The notes under the pieces: generated by a model | What the model was told of the DNA's origin: nothing | What the model saw: only the letters and a program-made list of their open reading frames with translations | Database searches by the model: none | Made by a program: the position numbers and the translations under genes | Shown here: one piece after another, positions 51,596 to 58,843 of the stretch | Layout: every line of letters starts with the position of its first letter | How positions within the stretch are numbered: position 1 is the first letter of the stretch | Assembly: GCA_900551705.1 (NCBI GenBank) | Contig: URWY01000001.1 | Coordinates: 87,953 to 151,952 of the forward strand | DNA length: 64,000 nt | Reading direction: 5' to 3' | Source of the DNA: an uncultured Bacillota bacterium | GTDB lineage: Bacteria > Bacillota > Clostridia > Christensenellales > UBA1242

Positions 51596-51619
51596 CATCA
51601 ATAATTTATCAATAGTTTT
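51596..51619 (+). repeat. arm-type repeat, right end of the element (CATCAATAATTTATCAATAGTTTT)
   Basis: Direct copy of 44789-44813, 131 bp inside the right core repeat. Confidence 0.55.
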
Positions 51620-51750
51620 TTATGAAAATTATTGCAAGATACAAAAGTTATTGAACGAAATCTTAAAAACAAGTTTTAAACATTCAAAAACTACTGAACA
51701 AAATGAAAGATATAACATATTTTGTTCAAGCCCCTCAGGACGAGTGAGTT

Positions 51751-51794
51751 CTCCTAAGGGAAAATTAGGGGTTCGATTCCCTTTGGGAACGCCA
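51751..51794 (+). pseudogene. 3' half of the disrupted tRNA-Arg(CCU) gene (anticodon loop, anticodon stem 3' strand, T-arm, acceptor 3' strand, CCA)
   Basis: CTCCTAA-GGGAA-AATT-AGGGG-TTCGATT-CCCTT-TGGGAAC-G-CCA. GGGAA pairs with TTCCC, and TGGGAAC pairs 7/7 with GTTCCCA of the 5' half at 44680. Confidence 0.8.
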
Positions 51795-51797
51795 AGC
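51774..51797 (+). repeat. 24-bp direct repeat, copy 1 (tRNA T-loop to CCA plus AGC)
   Basis: CGATTCCCTTTGGGAACGCCAAGC is identical to 52071-52094. Confidence 0.85.
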
Positions 51798-52070
51798 GAA
51801 AATTGTCGAGCTTATGGCTCGATTTTTTGTTACCAAAAAATACAGCGCTTTTTTGCTCGCAATTTTCGCTATACCGACCAAACGCAAAATTGTAAAACAA
51901 TTTTGGTCGGTACTCTCGTGCGAAGAAATTTCTGCGAAGGAAGTGATGGAGGTTAATGATAAGTATAAAGGAATTGAACTAAGCGTTAAGAAAAAATTGC
52001 CAGTGGCAAGTTTTTTAGCGCTGGCGTGAAAGCGAGCATCGACCAGCAACGGGTTGCTAGCGAAGCGGAG

Positions 52071-52094
52071 CGATTCCCTTTGGGAACGCCAAGC
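52071..52094 (+). repeat. 24-bp direct repeat, copy 2 (orphan tRNA-Arg 3' end)
   Basis: Identical to 51774-51797, 297 bp downstream, followed by the terminator at 52102-52133. Confidence 0.85.
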
Positions 52095-52101
52095 ACTTGC
52101 G

Positions 52102-52133
52102 ATGGAGAGCGATTAGCTCTCCATTATTTTTTT
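52102..52133 (+). terminator. rho-independent terminator (probable native terminator of the ffs/tRNA-Arg locus)
   Basis: ATGGAGAGC-GATTA-GCTCTCCAT followed by TATTTTTTT. Confidence 0.6.
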
Positions 52134-52259
52134 GCTTGCAAAAAAATTGCGGGCAAAAGCCCGCGCGCAAGTGCGGGGTACAATTTCATCACATACTGAA
52201 TTGTGGCATAAATTCACCATTTTAAATATCATGTATTAATGATAATATAAGGAGTTTTT

Positions 52260-53066
52260 ATGCCAAAAACAAATTTTTGCAATAGCCAAAATAATGACGA
52301 CTGGAAACAATATATTGAAAATTCCAATTCAAATAATATGCAATATATTACTGGGCCTATGGGACCAACAGGTCCTGCTGGTGCAACGGGTGCAACGGGT
52401 CCAACTGGCGCCCAAGGGTTAATGGGAGAAACTGGTCCTAAGGGTGACACTGGTGCAACAGGGTTGCCTGGTGCAAATGGTTTAAACGGAGCAACAGGAG
52501 CGGTTGGCCCGCAAGGTGTGACAGGCCCTCAGGGGGTGATGGGCCCGCAAGGTGCGACTGGTGCAAAAGGAGATACAGGTCCACAGGGAGAAATTGGGCC
52601 TCAAGGACCAACTGGACCAAAAGGAGAAATGGGGGTTCAAGGGCCAATTGGGCCAAGGGGTGAAGATGGGCAAATATCCAATCAAAATGCAACAATATAT
52701 AGCATGGCTGGGCAAGATTTAACAAGTGGCAATCCATTAACACTTTCATCTATTAAAACAAACAATGGGCTTATCGTGGGCGGAACAACAATAACCGTGC
52801 CTGCAACTGGAACATACATTGTTAGTTATTGTATGAATAAAGCGACAAATGCAGCAGGAACAGATAGCGTTTCAATCGCAATAGACGGAACAATGGATAG
52901 AACAACTTCAAGACCATTAAGCGACTCGTCAACAACATGTGGTCACTTTGTAATGAATTTAGATGAAGGAAATGCACTTTCGTTGGTCCCGGTTGTAATT
53001 AACGCGACAAGGCTTGAAGGAAGCGGAGGACCATGTGCGACTCTAACAGTCATCAGAATTGCGTAA
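52260..53066 (+). CDS. collagen-like triple-helix repeat protein with a BclA/C1q-like C-terminal domain
   Basis: 268 aa. TAAGGAG SD. 35 uninterrupted G-X-Y triplets (nt 52353-52667). The C-terminal roughly 130-aa beta-rich domain (...[16 protein letters not shown]...ATLTVIRIA) resembles the BclA C-terminal jelly-roll. Confidence 0.85.
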   Translation: MPKTNFCNSQNNDDWKQYIENSNSNNMQYITGPMGPTGPAGATGATGPTGAQGLMGETGPKGDTGATGLPGANGLNGATGAVGPQGVTGPQGVMGPQGATGAKGDTGPQGEIGPQGPTGPKGEMGVQGPIGPRGEDGQISNQNATIYSMAGQDLTSGNPLTLSSIKTNNGLIVGGTTITVPATGTYIVSYCMNKATNAAGTDSVSIAIDGTMDRTTSRPLSDSSTTCGHFVMNLDEGNALSLVPVVINATRLEGSGGPCATLTVIRIA

Positions 53067-53099
53067 CAAAAACTATAATAAAAAAACAATAAATTAATT

Positions 53100-53870
53100 T
53101 TATTGTTTTTCTTTTTCTTTTTTCAATTTATCTGCATTCGCATAGCAATTACCTTTTGAACTAAAAGGAACGCCATTAAGCATATTTTTTACTGGATTTT
53201 TTTGTAAAACTTCAAAGTTATTATTAACAGCATCAAACATCATGCATTTGCCTTTGAGATTTTCAACAATCACAAAAGCGTGTCCGTCAGGTGAATTGTC
53301 ATTTTGAAATTTCACATTTTTACTGATTATGTAATATGATTTTAGCCCAGTCATAAGCCATAAATTATGTGCAACGCTTGCAAATTCAACACACGCGCCG
53401 CAATTTGCGTTTTCAAATTCTTTGATAGATGGAACTAAAATATCGTCATTATCATTGAATGTGATTTTTGAAATCTCTGCTCTTTTTTTCATACCCGCAG
53501 TATTTGCAATATTACCGAAATAATTGTTTTCTGTTTCAATGATTGCTCTCAAAGCCGCACCAGACAATTTAAAACCGATGCTTATGTATTTTTCAAGATT
53601 ATCAAAGAAGTTATAATAAATTAGTTTATCATCAAGTTTAAAACCTTGCAAGAAAAGCCTATTTGAGTAAATTGTGTCTTCCGCAGCAAAAAATCCGTTA
53701 TTTTCGTAATTTTTACTTAAAATTTTAATCAAATAATCTATTTTTTTAATTTTTTCATCATTGTTTTGTTCATTTAATATCTCTAAGCAAAGTGCTTTTG
53801 AGTTAGGTTCAGCGCCATATCTCACTGCAATTCCGCTTGAATTCATGTCCATACCATTAAATTTTTCCAT
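53100..53870 (-). CDS. hypothetical protein, possible transglutaminase-like/papain-fold cysteine peptidase
   Basis: 256 aa. Ordered Cys...His...Asp candidates: NCGACVEFASVAHNLW, DGHAFVIV and MMFDAV, with spacing typical of the transglutaminase-like superfamily. The call is by eye only. Confidence 0.4.
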   Translation of the reverse strand: MEKFNGMDMNSSGIAVRYGAEPNSKALCLEILNEQNNDEKIKKIDYLIKILSKNYENNGFFAAEDTIYSNRLFLQGFKLDDKLIYYNFFDNLEKYISIGFKLSGAALRAIIETENNYFGNIANTAGMKKRAEISKITFNDNDDILVPSIKEFENANCGACVEFASVAHNLWLMTGLKSYYIISKNVKFQNDNSPDGHAFVIVENLKGKCMMFDAVNNNFEVLQKNPVKNMLNGVPFSSKGNCYANADKLKKEKEKQ

Positions 53871-53986
53871 AGTAACTCCGTAAACTTTTTTATCTTAACA
53901 TTTACCGCGCCTTGTTGTCAATTAATATTAACTTAATTGATGATTTGTGTAGGAACGGTAAAAATTTTCTTTTTGATAAAAAAGTG

Positions 53987-54014
53987 TTGACAAAATGTTT
54001 TTTTGTGGTAATAT
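53987..54014 (+). promoter_or_regulatory. extended -10 promoter of the asnA leader
   Basis: TTGACA (53987-53992), 16 nt spacer, TGgTAATAT (54006-54014). TATAAT also occurs at 54012-54017. Confidence 0.55.
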
Positions 54015-54044
54015 AATAATATAACAGCAAAAAAGGAGAAAGTT

Positions 54045-54101
54045 ATGTTGTTTGCTATGATCAATAATAATAACAATAATAACAATTGTTTGAGCATCTA
54101 G
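54045..54101 (+). CDS. asnA leader peptide (18 aa) with 8 consecutive Asn codons
   Basis: AAGGAG SD 6 nt upstream. MLFAMINNNNNNNNCLSI*. Asn codons aat/aac run from 54063 to 54086. Confidence 0.65.
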   Translation: MLFAMINNNNNNNNCLSI

Positions 54102-54131
54102 TGGTCATAGTTTAATTCATGCAAAATCTTC

Positions 54132-54165
54132 AAACAATGGTCACTAAACGGCCATTGTTTTTTTA
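54132..54165 (+). terminator. attenuator terminator in the asnA leader
   Basis: AAACAATGG (54132-54140) pairs with CCATTGTTT (54152-54160), followed by a T-run. The upstream segment CAATTGTTTG (54083-54092) can pair 9/10 with 54131-54140 as an antiterminator. Confidence 0.7.
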
Positions 54166-54304
54166 AATTTTCAAGGAGAGTTTGTATGAGAAAAGTTTGT
54201 AGCGGAATAAGAGATTGTAATTTACCTTAATAAATATTTAGAAGTTAAAAAGAACAAAAAATAAAAATCAAATAAAATAAAAAATAAATTAAAAGAGGTA
54301 AATT

Positions 54305-55303
54305 ATGAAAATTATAGAAGATAAATATATTAAATTAGATGTTTTAGATAAACAAAAATACATTAAAATTATAAAAGATAGATTTGAAAGAGAACTTGCT
54401 GGCACGCTTGATCTTGTTCGTGTTTCTGCGCCACTTCTTGTGACAGAAAAATCTGGTTTGCAGGACGATTTAAGCGGTGTTGAAAGAAAAGTTGAGTTTG
54501 ACATTTTGAAAGATGGAGCAACTTTACAGATTGTTCAATCTTTGGCAAAATGGAAAAGATTTGCACTTAAAAAATACAAAATTGCTATGCACAAAGGTTT
54601 ATACACAGATATGCAAGCGATTAGAAGAGATGATAAAATGGACGAAACTCATTCCATTTATGTTGACCAATGGGACTGGGAAAAAGTTATTTCAAAAGAA
54701 GATAGGACGATTGAATATTTAAAACAAACTGTTTGTTCTATTGTAAAGGCTATTAAGCGAACGAGCGATTATTTAAAACGCAAAAGCGGCCTTGATTTTC
54801 CAAAAATCAAAGAAAAAGTATATTTTATAACAAGCCAAGAATTGTTGGATATGTTCCCTGGCAAGACAGACAAGGAAAGAGAATATGAAATTGTGAAAAA
54901 ATACAAAACCGTGTTTATAATTGGCATTGGCGAAAAACTATCTGACGGCAAACCGCATGATTTAAGAGCACCAGATTATGACGACTGGACACTCAACGGA
55001 GATTTGATGTTTTATGACGAAGTCTTGGACATCGCGCTTGAAATCAGTTCAATGGGCATAAGGGTAGATAGTAAAAAACTTAGCGAGCAACTTGAAAAAG
55101 ATGGCAAACAAGACAGAATGAAATATGATTATCATAAACAAGTTTTCGCTGGCGAATTGCCTTTAACTATTGGCGGCGGAATTGGACAAAGCAGACTTTG
55201 TATGCTTCTTTTAGGAAGGGCACACATTGGTGAAGTTCAATCAAGTTATTGGGACGAGAAGACAATTAAAGAATGCGAACAACAAAAAATTGAATTGTTG
55301 TAA
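54305..55303 (+). CDS. asnA: aspartate--ammonia ligase (asparagine synthetase A)
   Basis: 332 aa, colinear with E. coli AsnA motifs: VSAPLL, QDDLSGVE, SLAKWKR, SIYVDQWDWEKV, DLRAPDYDDW, SSMGIRVD, GGGIGQSRLCMLLL. Confidence 0.95.
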   Translation: MKIIEDKYIKLDVLDKQKYIKIIKDRFERELAGTLDLVRVSAPLLVTEKSGLQDDLSGVERKVEFDILKDGATLQIVQSLAKWKRFALKKYKIAMHKGLYTDMQAIRRDDKMDETHSIYVDQWDWEKVISKEDRTIEYLKQTVCSIVKAIKRTSDYLKRKSGLDFPKIKEKVYFITSQELLDMFPGKTDKEREYEIVKKYKTVFIIGIGEKLSDGKPHDLRAPDYDDWTLNGDLMFYDEVLDIALEISSMGIRVDSKKLSEQLEKDGKQDRMKYDYHKQVFAGELPLTIGGGIGQSRLCMLLLGRAHIGEVQSSYWDEKTIKECEQQKIELL

Positions 55304-55310
55304 AATGAAA

Positions 55311-55340
55311 ACATCTAGCAAATGCTAGGTGTTTTTTTTG
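55311..55340 (+). terminator. rho-independent terminator after asnA
   Basis: ACATCTAGCA-AA-TGCTAGGTGT (one G-U) followed by T8. Confidence 0.7.
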
Positions 55341-55385
55341 TTGGAAAAATTTTGGAAAATAAATAATTATGTATATAATATAAAT

Positions 55386-57593
55386 ATGGTTACATTATTA
55401 ATTTTAGATGGCTATGGAATTGGTCAAAACAACAAAAAAACGAATGCAATTTATAAAAATTCGCCAAATGTGGAAAAACTTTTAAAAAATTATCCATCTT
55501 CTACGCTTGTTGCAAGTGGTGAAGGTGTGGGGCTTTCAAAAGGCCAGATGGGCAACTCCGAAACGGGACATTTAAATATTGGCGCTGGGCGAATTGTTTA
55601 TCAAAATCTATCACGCATAGACAATATGATTGCGGACGACTCATTAAAAAATAACAAAGTGATGTTGGAAATTGAAAAACATGTTAAAAAAAGTGGCGGA
55701 AAAATTCATTTGATGGGATTGTTGTCTGACGGCGGCGTTCACAGCCATATAAATCATTTGAAATATTTGCTTAAATCGTTATCAGAAAAAGGTTTAAATC
55801 TTGTTTTGCATTGCTTTTTAGATGGCAGAGACACCAAGTTTGACAGCGGTGTTAACTACTTAAATGAAATACAAAATTTTATTAAAGAAAATGGAATTAA
55901 TTGTGAAGTCGCGGACATTGTTGGCAGAGTTTATGCAATGGACAGAGAAAGGCGATTTGACAGAGTTGAAAAAGCATACAATATGCTTGTTGGAAAACTA
56001 GATGATGTTGAAATTACCGAAAATTTGCAAAATTCGCTTCAAAATTCTTATAAAAATGAGGTTTATGATGAATTTGTCAAACCGATTAAATTGAAAAATA
56101 GCAGCACAATCAATGAAGGCGATGCGATTCTTTCATTCAATTTTAGAACGGACAGAATGAGAGAACTGATTTCTGCATTTGGTGATAAAAATTTTAAAGA
56201 ATTTGATGCAATTAAATTTAAAGATTTGTATATTGCAACAATGACGCAATATGACAAAACTTTTGGTTTTGCGCATGTTATTGTTCCTGAACTTGTGATT
56301 GAAAATTGTTTGTCAAAAGTGTTAAGCGAGAATGGAAAAAAGCAATATCGCGTAACTGAAACAACAAAATATGCACATATAACATTTTTCTTTAATGGCG
56401 AAATTGAAACGCCTTTCCCAGGAGAAGAAAGAATATTGATAGATAGCATAAACACGCAAGATTTTTCAAAATATCCAAAAATGCGAGCAAAAGAAATAAC
56501 TGAAAAAGCGTGTGAGGCTATTCTTTCAAAGAAATATGATTTTGTTTTAATTAATTTATCCAATTCAGATATGATTGGACATACTGGCGATTTAAAAGCG
56601 ACTAAAAAAGCAATTCGATTTGTTGATAAATGTGTTAAAAAATTGGCGGAAGCAAGTTTGAAAGTTGAAAGCGATTTGATTGTAACCGCCGACCACGGAA
56701 ATGCAGAATTGATGATTGACGATAATGGCGTGAAGGTGACATCGCACACAACAAATCGTGTTCCGATTGTTTTGGTGAGCGAAAAATACAAAAAATGCAC
56801 TTTAAAAGACGGCAAGTTGGCAGATATTGCTCCAACAATTTTGAAATTATTAAATATTGAAAAACCTGTTGAAATGACAGGTGAAAGTTTATTGTTAGAC
56901 GAAAGCAATCAGTTTTATGTTTGTCCATCAACAGATCCAGTTGATCCAAAAAATAAAAACTTTGAGAACAATTTAATTGATTATGCAAAATTAATAACAA
57001 CAAGTGGCGCGGACTTTTTGCATTGCGATATCATGGACGGCAAATTTGTTGAAAGAAAGACTTATGATTACAATACTTTAAAAAAATTAAACACAAGCAC
57101 GACAATTCCGCTTGATGTGCATTTGATGACCCAATTTGATATGTTAGAAGTAAAAGAATTCGTTCATGCTGGCGCAAATATTGTAACTTTGCATTTAGAA
57201 AATTTTATTAAATATGGCAAATTGAAGGAAAATAAAATAAAAAGAATTACAAAATATTTTGCAAAAACAAATTGTTTGTTTGGACTTTCAATTAAACCAA
57301 AAACTGAACTTGAATATTTGGAAAAAGTTTTGCAATATGTGGATTTGATTTTGGTTATGAGTGTTGAACCTGGCAAGAGCGGACAAAAATTTATTGAAGA
57401 ATCATTTAACAGAGTTGCTAAAATTAAAGAAATTAGAAACTCGAAAAATTTAGAATTTTTAATTGAAGTTGATGGGGGGATTAATCCAGAAATTTCTTAT
57501 AAATTAAAAAAACTTGGTGCGAATATGGTTGTTTCTGGAAATTATATTTTTAAATCAGAAAATAAAAGAGAAACAATAAAAATGTTTAAATAA
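55386..57593 (+). CDS. fusion protein: 2,3-bisphosphoglycerate-independent phosphoglycerate mutase (N) and ribulose-phosphate 3-epimerase (C)
   Basis: ORF track starts at GTG 55329, inside the asnA terminator. ATG 55386 gives MVTLLILDGYGIG..., typical of GpmI (also GNSETGHLNIGAGR, DGGVHSH, TADHGNAE). From about nt 56910 the Rpe motifs appear: HCDIMDGKFV, DVHLM, MSVEPGKSGQKF, EVDGGIN. No stop or frameshift between the domains. Confidence 0.85.
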   Translation: MVTLLILDGYGIGQNNKKTNAIYKNSPNVEKLLKNYPSSTLVASGEGVGLSKGQMGNSETGHLNIGAGRIVYQNLSRIDNMIADDSLKNNKVMLEIEKHVKKSGGKIHLMGLLSDGGVHSHINHLKYLLKSLSEKGLNLVLHCFLDGRDTKFDSGVNYLNEIQNFIKENGINCEVADIVGRVYAMDRERRFDRVEKAYNMLVGKLDDVEITENLQNSLQNSYKNEVYDEFVKPIKLKNSSTINEGDAILSFNFRTDRMRELISAFGDKNFKEFDAIKFKDLYIATMTQYDKTFGFAHVIVPELVIENCLSKVLSENGKKQYRVTETTKYAHITFFFNGEIETPFPGEERILIDSINTQDFSKYPKMRAKEITEKACEAILSKKYDFVLINLSNSDMIGHTGDLKATKKAIRFVDKCVKKLAEASLKVESDLIVTADHGNAELMIDDNGVKVTSHTTNRVPIVLVSEKYKKCTLKDGKLADIAPTILKLLNIEKPVEMTGESLLLDESNQFYVCPSTDPVDPKNKNFENNLIDYAKLITTSGADFLHCDIMDGKFVERKTYDYNTLKKLNTSTTIPLDVHLMTQFDMLEVKEFVHAGANIVTLHLENFIKYGKLKENKIKRITKYFAKTNCLFGLSIKPKTELEYLEKVLQYVDLILVMSVEPGKSGQKFIEESFNRVAKIKEIRNSKNLEFLIEVDGGINPEISYKLKKLGANMVVSGNYIFKSENKRETIKMFK

Positions 57594-57614
57594 TTAAAAA
57601 ATATTGAAAAAATT

Positions 57615-57646
57615 AAAAAAAATATGCTTTTTTGCATATTTTTTTG
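57615..57646. terminator. bidirectional terminator between convergent genes
   Basis: AAAAAATATGC-TTTTTT-GCATATTTTTT palindrome with T/A runs on both sides. Confidence 0.5.
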
Positions 57647-58036
57647 TTAAAAAATATTTTGAATTGAAATTCCAATCACATGTTTATAACCCATTAAATA
57701 AAACTTAACGAGTTTCAAACTTTCATAATATTGTTCCTTATTACTATTTTTTGTTGCGGTTTGCATTTTGTTGATTTCCACGCCTATATCTTCTATATCT
57801 TTGTGATTTACGAAATTGCAAAGCACGCTTTCTTTTGCTGTCCAATATTCTTCGAGTTCGTTCGTCTGTGCAATTAGTTTTGTGTCGTTGATGTCATCAA
57901 GTGCGATAAAATTTTCATAAATTGTATCAACACGCGCTTCGACTTCTGCCAAATATTTATCCGCCAACACTTGTTCAACAACGCATACTGCAATTAAAAG
58001 CAGAATTATAATTGTAATGTTGATAAATTTTTTCAT
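57647..58036 (-). CDS. DUF4363-like small membrane-anchored protein
   Basis: 129 aa with an N-terminal TM. Composition and size match the DUF4363 proteins that commonly follow DUF421 genes in Firmicutes. AAGGAG SD and an ATGA overlap with the upstream gene. Confidence 0.55.
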   Translation of the reverse strand: MKKFINITIIILLLIAVCVVEQVLADKYLAEVEARVDTIYENFIALDDINDTKLIAQTNELEEYWTAKESVLCNFVNHKDIEDIGVEINKMQTATKNSNKEQYYESLKLVKFYLMGYKHVIGISIQNIF

Positions 58037-58794
58037 GCTAGGTTCTCCTTTTTATACTCACATTGGAAAACCTTTCCTTTGCCTTTCTTTGTTTGAAAAT
58101 AAATTTTGCCATTGCCGTCAAGCGTTGTTACTAAAATATCTTTGACTTTTTTAGTTTTTGTTTTTTCCAAAATCCAGTTGATAAATCCTTCATCAATATT
58201 TGCAATTTTTACATTGTTTTTCATAATTGAGCCTTCGGAAATTATTGTCACAGGAATTACAGTTTGTTCTTTGTCTGGAATAATGTTAATTTCTTTTTCA
58301 TTTTTAACAATTTGCGAAGTTGCTAAATCTTGAATTGTTACAGGAGAACTTTCTTTTTTTGGCAAAACATTTACAGTTCCATTTGTTTCAACAATTGCAT
58401 ATTGAATTTCATCTATTGAAAAATAGTTGCAACCGCGAATCGACTCAAACAAATCGTCAAGCGAGATGTTAAGTTTTTTAAGTGCTTCATAGTCAATGCC
58501 TTCAGGGTTGATAACAATAACTGGCTTACCACTGATAACTCTGTTCATAACATCGCTTTTTCTTGTTATAATTGTTAAGAAAAAATGCACAGTAACAAGA
58601 GTGAGTAGGGGAACAACGCCGTGTAAAACTGGCACAGAACTTTCTGCCATTGGAATAGTTGCTAGGTCTGCAATTATTAAAGTTAAAACAAGCTCAAAAG
58701 GTTGCATTTGACCGAGTTGCCTTTTTCCCATTAACCTAAAAACAAATAAAACTAATGCGTATATTAAAATTGATCTAAGTAATAATGTAAACAT
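58033..58794 (-). CDS. DUF421 (YetF/YdfS-like) membrane protein
   Basis: ORF track starts at TTG 58830, inside a terminator palindrome. ATG 58794 gives MFTLLLRSILIYALVLFVFRLMGKRQLGQMQPFELVLTLIIADLA, the typical DUF421 N-terminus. Confidence 0.7.
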   Translation of the reverse strand: MFTLLLRSILIYALVLFVFRLMGKRQLGQMQPFELVLTLIIADLATIPMAESSVPVLHGVVPLLTLVTVHFFLTIITRKSDVMNRVISGKPVIVINPEGIDYEALKKLNISLDDLFESIRGCNYFSIDEIQYAIVETNGTVNVLPKKESSPVTIQDLATSQIVKNEKEINIIPDKEQTVIPVTIISEGSIMKNNVKIANIDEGFINWILEKTKTKKVKDILVTTLDGNGKIYFQTKKGKGKVFQCEYKKENLA

Positions 58795-58815
58795 ACATAT
58801 ATTTTTATTAATTTT

Positions 58816-58843
58816 AAAAAAAATATGCAAATTTGCATATTTT
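58816..58843 (-). terminator. terminator palindrome after the 58842..59972 gene
   Basis: AAATATGCAAATTTGCATATTT perfect palindrome, followed by a T-run on the minus strand. Confidence 0.45.

Larger units (their letters stand above)
44711..51758. mobile_element. roughly 7.0-kb integrative element inserted in the anticodon loop of tRNA-Arg(CCU), bounded by the 8-bp core repeat CTCCTAAG
   Basis: Core repeat at 44711-44718 and 51751-51758. The flanks outside the repeats reconstitute a perfect 75-nt cloverleaf. A tyrosine integrase and xis-like gene sit at the left end. Direct arm-like repeats lie inside both ends. Confidence 0.75.

Noticed and set aside
51552-52049. ORFs 51552..51956 (+), 51765..52049 (-) and 51814..52029 (+)
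   Set aside because: They run straight through the tRNA 3' half, the 24-bp repeats and the dense hairpins. None has an SD, so the region is better explained as att-site remnants or structured DNA.
52229-52749. Three minus-strand ORFs (73-103 aa) antisense to the collagen-like gene
   Set aside because: They are artefacts of GXY-encoding GC-rich triplet periodicity. The plus-strand frame has an SD, 35 perfect GXY triplets and a folded C-terminal domain.
54186-54230. Second micro-ORF (MRKVCSGIRDCNLP) with an AAGGAG SD between the attenuator terminator and asnA
   Set aside because: It has no amino-acid bias related to the operon, lies downstream of the terminator, and has no associated structure. 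I kept it only as a note because conservation cannot be judged here.
56063-56908. 281-aa minus-strand ORF inside the gpmI-rpe gene
   Set aside because: It is antisense to a coding frame full of GpmI catalytic motifs. It is S/F/I/L-rich low complexity with no SD.
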